Below, one piece after another: positions 38,263-47,224 of a stretch of 64,000 nt of DNA; within the stretch, counting starts at the first letter, position 1; each line of letters starts with the position of its first letter. The stretch comes from Spirochaetia bacterium (GTDB lineage Bacteria > Spirochaetota > Spirochaetia > DSM-2461). The position numbers and the translations under genes are program-made. The DNA lies in the NCBI GenBank assembly GCA_963666985.2, contig CAXXIA010000001.1, forward strand, positions 1,024,001-1,088,000. The letters are read 5' to 3'. Under the pieces are notes generated by a model. The model saw nothing but the letters and a program-made list of their open reading frames with translations, was not told the origin of the DNA and made no database searches.

Positions 38263-41200
38263 TTAGAGCATCCGTTCAATGGCATCCAGATCTTTCAGCG
38301 CCCGAGCCTCGGAAACCTTCCCCGCGGGCCGTACATCTCCGGCGGCGAAAAGCGCCACCCTCAGCTCCTGTATCATCACTTTAGCCTCGTCAACCGCACG
38401 GCGCTTTTCGCTGCTGGCCAACGGAGAAAGCGTCTCCAGGATACCGTCAAGACGCGCCTTCAGCGGCTCCCAGATATCGGAAGCTTTCCGATCTTTCCGC
38501 GGATCAGCCGATCCTTTGCGCGCCCTGGAGACTTGCGCCTTCATCCACCGGGGCAATGCCTTCCAAACATCCGTGTCATACCTTTCGGTAAATCCCGTCG
38601 CGAGTTCTTCCACATCGGTAAGCCGCTCCCGGACAAAATCGGGCCGGTGACTTTTACCGGCGAATTCGGTCAGTTCGGCCCGTACCCCGCCGTAGATTTC
38701 AAGCACCTGGGTTACCGATTCGAAATATGCCTCGGCCGTTCCATGGATTATTTTTCCGCCCTCGGCGAGCTTTTTATCCCAGGCTCCCTCATCACGAACC
38801 ACTTCATCGGAGAAACTCGCGGCGATCGCCCGATTCCAGACAGCCTCTTCCAACGCCGACGCGCCTCCCAAATAAGAGGCGTACACCCGAGCTTGTCCGG
38901 CCAAAGGCATGCTTTTTCGGAAATCCCGGAGCTCCCTGCTCCAATGAATGCGGGCCAACCGTATCTGACCCGCCGAATGAGCCTCTTCCGCCTTACCCCT
39001 ATCGTCGTAAAAACGCAGAGAAACCGATTCACCGTCGTCCCGGAGCGCCGGCCAAAGCCGGGCGCCGCCCTCTATGGTTACCGATTCGGGGGATGCCTCC
39101 GGCGGGCCAGGACTTCAGGCCTGTACGTTCATTTTCTTTCCGATAGCGTGCGGTCCGCCCGCCTTCCGAGCCCTTAACTCCGGGTACAGCCGCCACAAGA
39201 TCCGAAGGATCGCGTCCCGAAGCCACCTCCCGTCCCGAGTCGTCCAAAAGGCTGTAGCGCATTCTTAAATGAAGCGGAACCGCTTCGGCGTCCCATTCGG
39301 CGGGAGGAATATCGATTTCCCTCTCCCGGTAAAGCCAGGCCGCCAGGGCATGAATCAAATCTCCTTCTCCGTGATTCATCCCTTCCAGAGCCGCCGCCGC
39401 GGTTTCGGGGATGGGAATAAGACGCCGCCGGTGCTTCTTGGGCAAACCGCGCATCAGGGCCTCAATCCGCTCCTCCAGCATGCCCGGAACCAGCCAGTCG
39501 CCCTTTCCCGGAGTCAGTTCGGAGAGTCTGCCCGAAGGGATTTTTAAAGTGGCGCCGTCCTCGAGTGAATCCGTATCGAAGATATAGGAAAGCTTCCATT
39601 GTTCCCCGCCGATTTCAGCCGATTCCGGGTAATCCTGCAGAGAAGAAAACTCACCGACGCCCGTCAACAAATCATTCTCGGAGAGAATCAGGTGCGCTTC
39701 TCCCCTTTCCCGGAGATGTCGGTTCAAAGTTCCCAAATCCAACACCCCGCGGGGCAGCCTCTCCGAATAGAACGCGGACACCGCATCTTCTCCGGCCAAG
39801 AGATCGCGCCGGCGAAGACGGTTCTGCATCGATTCCAGATTGCGGATGAGGGCCGCGTTTTTCTTCAAGAAACCGTATCCGCCCGAAGCGGCGATATCAC
39901 CCTCAACCAAAGCCGATTTGATGAAGATCTCCCGAGCCTCGTCGGGCTTCACCGTACCGTACGGAATGACTGCATCATCGGAGATGAGAAAGCCGAAAAG
40001 ACGCATTTGCTCGGTGGCCATCACCGCGCCCGCTTTGCGGCTCCAGTGAGGATGAATCCAGTTCCGCGCGGCAAGATCGGAGCCGAGATCAACCAGCCAA
40101 AGAGGATCGATGGCGGCCACGGAACGGGCGTAGAGCCTCGTGGTCCGAACCATTTCCGCCGCCATAATCCAGGGAGGGGAAGCCTTGCGCAGAGAGGAAC
40201 CGGGATGAATTCGAGCCTGACGATTTCTGGTGGCCTCGTAGGTACCGCCTTCCTCACGCCGCGCGATATGAGAAAGAAATCCGCTGAGAAGGGCACGGTG
40301 TATGGCGGCATAGCGCATCGAGAAATTGCCCTTTCGGTCCGTCGACGGCTCACGTTTTAATCGGTGCGGCCTATAGCCGTTCTCTTCCATCACAAGGGTG
40401 AGCTGCTTATGGATGTCCATCCATTCCTTCATCCGCCTGAAGGAGAGATAGTTCTCCGCGCAGTATTTTTTCAGCTTGGAACTGAACGATCCCTTTCGCC
40501 CGTAGGTTCGATACCCATCCCAGATATTGAGCCATCCGATAAAATCGGAACAATCATCGGAGAATGCCTTGTGCGCCGCATCGGCGCTGCCGGTCTTTTC
40601 CGGAGGTCTCTCCCTCGGGTCCGGCAGGCTCAAGGCCGCCGCGATGGGAAGCACGTCGCCGAGACAGCCTTCCCGGTCGGCCTGGATGAGCACTTTCGCC
40701 AGCCGCGGGTCCAAAGGGAGCCTTGCCATCAGGCGGCCGTCTTTGCTTAAGGTGCGCTCGTCCGCGGTTTTCCTGCGCCGCTTCGATTGAACTGGGCCGG
40801 AAGAAGACGCGATCCGATTACGCGCCTCGGGAGAGCGGGCGGCTGAAAGAGCCGAGATCTCCCTTACATCCTCTCCAGATTCCGAGATTCCCGCCAGCGC
40901 CCCGATTTCCCGAAGCGTCCTGAGGCCGTCCCGAATCCCGGCGGATGCAGGCGGATCCACGAACGGAAAGGACTCGATATCCCGTATCCCCAAATCCAGC
41001 AGCCGCAGAACCACTTCGGCCAGATTGGTCCGGCGTATCTCCGGCAGCGTAAAACGCGGGCGGGCGTTATAGTCTTCTTCGGAATAAAGGCGGATGCACA
41101 CTCCGTCCTGCACGCGGCCGCATCGCCCGGCCCGCTGATCCGCCGAGGCCCTGGAAATCGGATCAACCGGAAGACCGTGCGTACCGGTGCCCGGATTATA

Positions 41201-42310
41201 ACGGCTGATTCTCGCCAATCCGCTGTCCACAACATAGCGGATTCCCGGAATGGTCAGCGAAGTTTCGGCGACATTCGTGGCCGCGACTAAGTTTCGTTTG
41301 CCGCCGGTTTGAAAAACTTTTTTCTGCTCGGAGGCGGGAAGCCGGGCGAAAAGCGGCAGAATATTCAGCCTGTCGGCGTAATCCTTGGATGCCAGATCCA
41401 TGGTCTCGCGGATGTCCTGTTCGGTCGGCAGAAAAACCAGAATATCGCCGCCGCGGGTTTCCGAAACCAGCTCGCGGATAACGCCGGAACACCTCTCGGC
41501 CAGAGACAGTTCCGCCGTCACCTCATCCGGTTCGTCATAGACAATCTCAACCGGATACATCCGTCCGGAAACCTCGATGATGGGAGCGCCGCCGAAGTGC
41601 TTTGAAAACTTCTCGGTATCCAGCGTGGCCGAAGTGATAATCACTTTCAAATCCCGGCGTTTGTCGATCAGACGGCGAACCATGCCCAGAAGAACATCGA
41701 TGTTCAGGGACCTCTCGTGAGCCTCATCGATAATCAGCGTATCGTACGAACGCAGGGAAGGATGAGACTGCGCTTCGGCCAGAAGCATGCCGTCGGTGAG
41801 AATACGGATTCGGTTTTCATCCCGGCTCGAATCATGGAAGCGGATTTTCGATCCCACCAGAGATTCATCGCCCAGCTCTTCGGCGATACGCGAGGCCACC
41901 GTTAAGGCGGCGATGCGGCGGGGCTGGGTGCAGCCGATAAGACCGTCCACGCCCCGTCCGGCTTCCAGACACATCTTGGGGATTTGCGTCGTTTTGCCGC
42001 TGCCGGTTTCGCCGGAAAGCACCACCACCTGATTCTCCCGGATGGTTTTGACAATTTCCTCACGGCGGGCGGTAATCGGGAGTTCTTCCGGATAGTTGTA
42101 GGCGATCGCTTGAGTCCTGCGGCGTTTTCGCTCGTCCGCGGAGGCTCTGATGCCGGCCAGAAGCCTCGCCGCTTCTTCCGGCAGGGCCTTGTCGCCCTTT
42201 TTTCGTAAGGACTGGATTCCTCGCCGAAGCCTTCCTTTGTCGCATCCTCGGGCCCTGCCCGTCAGTTTCTCGGCTTCATCGAGAAGGGAGGGAACTTCGT
42301 GATCACCCAT
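38263..42310 (-). CDS. hrpA: ATP-dependent RNA helicase HrpA, +1 frameshift at 39088-39092
   Basis: GETGSGKTTQ, TQPRR, DEAHER, SAT, QRAGRCGR. The C-terminal extension continues in ORF 38263-38958 after removing one C. Confidence 0.93.
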
Positions 42311-42372
42311 ATTCGGTGTGTACCCCGTGAGGGGCCCAGGGTCAAGGGCATTGAAAGTGATCCTTATATATC

Positions 42373-42401
42373 TTGAAGAGCGAACAATACACATGTATAG
42401 T
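42373..42401 (+). promoter_or_regulatory. dinB promoter
   Basis: TTGAAG-N17-TATAGT, 6 nt before ATG 42408. Confidence 0.65.
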
Positions 42402-42407
42402 ATTTCT

Positions 42408-43568
42408 ATGAGTGAAGGGCAACCGCCGGGAATCCTCGCAGCCGGACACGCTTCCCTCTCGGGTACACCGGTTAAGAAGATTATCCACATCGACATGGAC
42501 GCCTTTTTCGCCGCGGTTGAGCAGAGGAACAATCCTGAACTCCGCGGGAAACCGGTTGTTGTCGGCGGCCCCCCGAACAGCCGAGGCGTTGTGTCCACCT
42601 GCTCCTACGAAGCACGGAAATACGGCATTCATTCGGCCATGCCCAGCGCCGAGGCGTACCGCCGCTGCCCTCACGCAATCTTCGTCGGCCGCGGCGATTT
42701 TGAAGAATACCACCGGGTTTCCGAACAGATTCATGCTATTTTCCGAGAGGTTACCGATATTATCGAACCCCTTTCCCTGGACGAGGCCTATCTGGATGTA
42801 ACGGAAAACAAACTCACCGAAAAGTCCGCTACCCGTCTCGCCGAATACATCCGCTCCCGTATCAAGGAGGATACGAAACTCACCGCTTCGGCCGGGGTCT
42901 CCTACAACAAATCCCTTGCCAAAATCGCCTCGGACTGGAACAAACCCGACGGTCTTACCGTTATCCGTCCCGAAGACGCCGCATCGTTCATTGAAAACCT
43001 TCCGGTGAGAAAATTCTGGGGCGTTGGACCGAAGACGGCCGAACGGATGGAAGAGCTGGGCATCCGCACGGGAGGAGATCTGCGCTCCTGGCCGCTCTGG
43101 AAACTCACCGATACTTTCGGTAAAAGCGGGCCCTGGTATTACGACCTTTGCCGAGGTATCGACGAGCGGGAAGTCGAATCGGTCCGCATCCGCAAATCCC
43201 TGGGGAAAGAACAGACCTTCGGTGAAGATAAAACCGATTTTGCCGATCTTGCCGCTTTTATTGAAGGTCTGTGCGAATCGGTCTGGGCGGAACTCACCGA
43301 ACGGGAACTCCGGGGAAAAACAGTCACGGTTAAAGTCAAATACGCCGATTTCCGGCAGATAACCCGAAGCCGGAGCTTTTTGGCTTCTGTTGATTCGGAA
43401 ACACTCTTTTGCCGCACGGCACGCGAACTTCTGGAAACCACGGAAGCCGGCTCGCGGCCGGTAAGGCTTTTAGGCGTCGCTCTTTCGTCGTTTGCAGGGG
43501 AAAGAAAGGAAGGCGAAGCCCGGCAGTTAACGCTTGAGTTCGGAGAGATTTCCCCAAAAAGGCTTTAA
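42408..43568 (+). CDS. dinB: DNA polymerase IV
   Basis: IIHIDMDAFFAAVE, SYEARKYG, SLDEAYLD, SAGVSYNKSLAKIASD..KPDG, VRLLGV. Confidence 0.98.
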   Translation: MSEGQPPGILAAGHASLSGTPVKKIIHIDMDAFFAAVEQRNNPELRGKPVVVGGPPNSRGVVSTCSYEARKYGIHSAMPSAEAYRRCPHAIFVGRGDFEEYHRVSEQIHAIFREVTDIIEPLSLDEAYLDVTENKLTEKSATRLAEYIRSRIKEDTKLTASAGVSYNKSLAKIASDWNKPDGLTVIRPEDAASFIENLPVRKFWGVGPKTAERMEELGIRTGGDLRSWPLWKLTDTFGKSGPWYYDLCRGIDEREVESVRIRKSLGKEQTFGEDKTDFADLAAFIEGLCESVWAELTERELRGKTVTVKVKYADFRQITRSRSFLASVDSETLFCRTARELLETTEAGSRPVRLLGVALSSFAGERKEGEARQLTLEFGEISPKRL

Positions 43569-43747
43569 CAGGCTGTTGAAACGCTGCCTGATGAAAACCC
43601 GTAAACAGGGCCGCGGCGAAGTGAAAAGCCTACCCAGCCGCGCGGAGAGTAGGAACTTTTTATTTCTTGCGGGCCCCATCTTGATACCCCTACAATGGCG
43701 AGCTAGAGGTTCCCCTTCCGGGGAAGACACCGAAGGAGCATTCATTC

Positions 43748-44458
43748 GTGAAAGATTACTTATCGGTCGCCAACAGCAATCTTCTCTTTGTCATTGCATC
43801 GATTATCTTTGTTTTCATCATTGCCCAGTCGCTGATCTTTTTCAGGACGGCGTGGAAAGAAGGCAAACGAAGAGGAATCGACAAATCACGCATGCTGAAA
43901 GCGGTCAAATCCAGCGCCGTTCTGTCGATTGTGCCCTCAATTCCGATTGTCATCTCATTAATTGCCATGGCGCCCGTTCTGGGAATACCGTTCCCATGGA
44001 TACGGCTTTCTGTTATCGGATCGGCCTCATACGAACTCATGGCCGCGGGAATGGGCGCGAACATCATGGGCGTGGAAGGGCTCGGCGGAACAGGCTACAC
44101 GGCGGAAGTCTTCTCGAGTTCCGCCTGGATTATGACGCTCGGAACCATAAGCGCGCCGCTGATCATCATCTTCTTTCTCAAACGAATCTCCGGCGGCTAT
44201 AAGAAAATAAAGAATAAAGACTCCGGCTGGATGGAAACGCTCATTATGGCCGCCTATATGGGCCTGATCGCGGTGTTCATCGCTCCGCCCATCACTAAAG
44301 GCGGAATAGGACTCTATACGCTCTTAAGCGGAGCGGTTCTCATGCTTCTCTGTACCTTCATTGAAAAACGTCTGAATGTTCGCTGGCTGAAGGAATTCTC
44401 TCTGTCGCTCAGCATGGTCGGCGCCATGGCTCTCTCCATCCTCTACGCATCGTTCTAA
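43748..44458 (+). CDS. DUF5058-like membrane protein
   Basis: Multi-TM; PFPWIRLSVIGSASYELMAA is typical of the family (recognised from memory). Confidence 0.75.
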   Translation: MKDYLSVANSNLLFVIASIIFVFIIAQSLIFFRTAWKEGKRRGIDKSRMLKAVKSSAVLSIVPSIPIVISLIAMAPVLGIPFPWIRLSVIGSASYELMAAGMGANIMGVEGLGGTGYTAEVFSSSAWIMTLGTISAPLIIIFFLKRISGGYKKIKNKDSGWMETLIMAAYMGLIAVFIAPPITKGGIGLYTLLSGAVLMLLCTFIEKRLNVRWLKEFSLSLSMVGAMALSILYASF

Positions 44459-44473
44459 ATCAAAGGAATAACC

Positions 44474-45133
44474 ATGAAAAACAATTCCGAAATATCATTC
44501 GATTCCCGCATCCATATTCTCGGCCGCTCCACCATGAGCATCGGCTTTCTCCTGCTTCTTTCCATTCCGCTTATCATCAGCCTGGTCTGGAATATCTTTC
44601 CTCCCATCGGTAAAGTCGCTTCCGGAGCTTTGAGTCTGTCTTTGATCATGATCCCGATGGGAATCGCCGAAATCCTTACCTATACTCCGCTGATCGGCAG
44701 CGGCGCGACCTATTTGGGATTCCTGACGGGGAATCTGTCGAACTTGAAAATCCCCGCGGCGGCCATGGCGCTTGAAATCACGGAAACCGATCCCGCCTCG
44801 GACGACGCGGAAATTATTTCCATTATTTCCGTGGCTACCTCGGCAATCGTTTCCGCGGTGATGATCTTCCTCGGCGTTCTGCTGATGGTTCCCCTTTCGC
44901 CCATCTTAAGCAGACCGGAGATACAGCCCGCCTTCGACAATGTTCTTCCGGCTCTCTTCGGCGCGCTCGGCGCCTATTGGATTTTGAAGAGTTGGAAACT
45001 TGCCATAACACCGCTTGTCATCACAATAGCGGTCTTCCTGGTGGCGGATGTTCCAACCTCCGCGATGATTCCGATAAACGCCCTTCTCTCGATAATCGCC
45101 GCAAGGATTCTCTATAAAAAAGGTCTCCTATAG
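44474..45133 (+). CDS. Membrane protein, partner of DUF5058
   Basis: Multi-TM; YLGFLTGNLSNLKIPAA and LPALFGALG motifs. Confidence 0.75.
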   Translation: MKNNSEISFDSRIHILGRSTMSIGFLLLLSIPLIISLVWNIFPPIGKVASGALSLSLIMIPMGIAEILTYTPLIGSGATYLGFLTGNLSNLKIPAAAMALEITETDPASDDAEIISIISVATSAIVSAVMIFLGVLLMVPLSPILSRPEIQPAFDNVLPALFGALGAYWILKSWKLAITPLVITIAVFLVADVPTSAMIPINALLSIIAARILYKKGLL

Positions 45134-45150
45134 ATTTACAGGAGAATAGA

Positions 45151-45299
45151 TTCCCCCGGGCAAGCCCGGGGTTCTTACTGCAGCAGCGTCAACTGAAGCT
45201 GACCTGGACTCCACCGCACTTCGTGTCGGCGGAATCCAGGATGGCTCAATCATCCACGGCTAAAGCCGTAGTGTTCTTATCTTCGACCGCATAAAAAAA
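45151..45299. mobile_element. Non-autonomous IS200/IS605-like hairpin element
   Basis: CCCCGGG-CAAG-CCCGGGG and CCACGGC-TAAA-GCCGTAG hairpins, each followed within a few nt by GTTCTTA, flank a central hairpin; no ORF. Confidence 0.5.
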
Positions 45300-45560
45300 C
45301 CGCGGATGGTATCGGCCGATTTCCAGTGATTCGCCTTATCCCCGGTTTTCCAAGAACTTCATTTTAGGCCGAATGCCGGGTTGTTCTCTTCTTTAGCGGG
45401 CTGTTAGAGGCAGCTTATTCGACTTTCAGCTTAAGCGGCCTTAGATACTCGGTTTTTTCGGCTTTGCGCGACCGCTTCGACGAATCCAACGGGGCCGGAA
45501 CCGCTACAATACCGGCTGTAAGCAAGCTCAAAACTCGTCATTCGGCCGTTTTAATTTCGT

Positions 45561-46538
45561 TCAGGTTCTCCCCGCTTCAACATCCCGGAACACCCGAATA
45601 AAATTCAATCCCGTAATTTTCCGAATCTCCTCTTCGGAGAAACCGCTTTCCGAGAGAAACTTCTCCAAAAGGCCGCTTTGAGAGACATTCGCGAATCCCT
45701 TCATGTAGCCGGGAACACCGTTGAAATCCGTTCCTATGGCAAGGGCGTCAATTCCGGCCTTATCCCGGATATAGAGAGCCGCTTTTTTAAAGGACTCCGA
45801 ATCCGCCATGCCCAAACCCTTATTAAAAAAAGGCCATAATCCGATGATTCCGCCCGAGTCGGCGATTCGCCTTATCGATTCATCGGATATGTACCTCGGG
45901 AAGTTCTGAAGACCCAAAGGACCCGTATGTGAACAGATAATCGGCGCTTTCGCCACTTTCGCGGATTCGATAAGGGTTTTATCGTCGGCATGGGCCAAAT
46001 CAAGAATCAGGCCGAGCCGATTCGCCTCGACAATGATTTCACGTCCGAAATCGGTTAATCCGCCGCGCTCGGACTCTGGAATCAGCCGGCCTTTCCAGCC
46101 GAATTCAATGGAACCGAAACTGTTCGCCGAATAATGGACCGGGACAAGAAGTCTTACGCCCAGCGCGTAAATCTCTTTTAAGATTTCAATCTTTCGGCCG
46201 ATGAAATCCCCGCCTTCAATTCCGATAAGAAAGGCGCACTCCCCGCTCTTTCGGGCCGTCTCGAGCTCGGCTGATGAAAGAATCGGCCGATGATTCGAAT
46301 TCTCAATTTTTTGACGAATACGCTCTATCTGGCGTTTTGTCAGCAGAAAAAGATCTCCGGGATTCTTTTTAAACGACCCCGCATCTCCTATGGCGCAGAG
46401 AACTCCGCCTATTCCCCGTTTCGCGAGTTTTGCGATTCCGACATCCTTCGGCATCCGAAAGAACGACGCAATTTTCCATCCCGACGGAATGGTTCCTTCG
46501 GGATGACCGTGAACATCGAAATAAAAGTTACCATTCAT
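45561..46538 (-). CDS. Membrane dipeptidase (M19)-like amidohydrolase
   Basis: DVHGH, IEGG, GLTDFGREII.EANRLG..LDLAH, CSHT, IGTDFNG. Confidence 0.88.
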   Translation of the reverse strand: MNGNFYFDVHGHPEGTIPSGWKIASFFRMPKDVGIAKLAKRGIGGVLCAIGDAGSFKKNPGDLFLLTKRQIERIRQKIENSNHRPILSSAELETARKSGECAFLIGIEGGDFIGRKIEILKEIYALGVRLLVPVHYSANSFGSIEFGWKGRLIPESERGGLTDFGREIIVEANRLGLILDLAHADDKTLIESAKVAKAPIICSHTGPLGLQNFPRYISDESIRRIADSGGIIGLWPFFNKGLGMADSESFKKAALYIRDKAGIDALAIGTDFNGVPGYMKGFANVSQSGLLEKFLSESGFSEEEIRKITGLNFIRVFRDVEAGRT

Positions 46539-46541
46539 AAA

Positions 46542-47033
46542 TCACCCGATGTCGGCCGGAGTCTTTTCCCGGCGAATCTCGATAATCATTTCAATTTCAA
46601 CAGGAATATTCAGCGGCAGCCCGGCCACTCCAACCGCCGAGCGCGCATGCCGTCCCTTCTCTTCACCGAAGATTTTCAAAAGAAGATTGGAGGCGGCATC
46701 CAGGACTTTCGGATGATCATAAAAACCATCGGCGGAATTCACAAAACCGATGATTTTCACGATTTGAGCGACTTCATCAAGATTGCCCAAAATCTTCTCG
46801 GCGGTACTCAGCAGCGCCAAGACCGCACCGCGCGCGCAATCCCCGGCCTCTTCCACCGTCACATCTTTTCCAACCTTGCCGTAAACGGGAAGATTTCGGG
46901 GGTCAGCCCCGCCGCTTCCGGAAAGATAGAGATAATCACCCGTTATCAGAGCCGGAGCGTAGAGTCCGATGGATTTGGGAGGAGTGGGAAGACTCAAACC
47001 CAAATCGCTTATTCTCTTTGAAATATCGTTCAT
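46542..47033 (-). CDS. RidA-family (Rid1/2-type) protein
   Basis: YLSG, GKVG, GRHARSAVGVAGLPLNIPVEIE. Confidence 0.93.
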   Translation of the reverse strand: MNDISKRISDLGLSLPTPPKSIGLYAPALITGDYLYLSGSGGADPRNLPVYGKVGKDVTVEEAGDCARGAVLALLSTAEKILGNLDEVAQIVKIIGFVNSADGFYDHPKVLDAASNLLLKIFGEEKGRHARSAVGVAGLPLNIPVEIEMIIEIRREKTPADIG

Positions 47034-47158
47034 GATTTGAATAGTACCATTTCAAAGAAGAAATGAGGAACATTCTCCTCTGTCACTTTTTTCGGCACTT
47101 CATTGTAAGGATTCCGCATGGCGTTAATTTTCTTCCATGATTTCTCTTTCCCGTCCGC

Positions 47159-47187
47159 TTGACAGGCTTTTCCGGAGAAGGCATAAT
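47159..47187 (+). promoter_or_regulatory. Promoter of the regulator/ABC/sulfatase operon
   Basis: TTGACA-N17-CATAAT. Confidence 0.7.
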
Positions 47188-47224
47188 AGGGAATGTATTC
47201 ATTCCTTTTCATCCCAGAGGTATC

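Noticed and set aside
42311..42598. Long N-terminal extensions of hrpA and dinB in the ORF track
   Set aside because: They overlap each other antisense; promoter positions support starts at 42310 and 42408.
43589..43630. Hammerhead ribozyme (CTGATGA...GAAA)
   Set aside because: No stem II pairing adjacent to the core motifs.
45300..45560. Possible attC or gene remnant between convergent genes
   Set aside because: A GTTAG core is present, but no matching inverse core or stem and no ORF.
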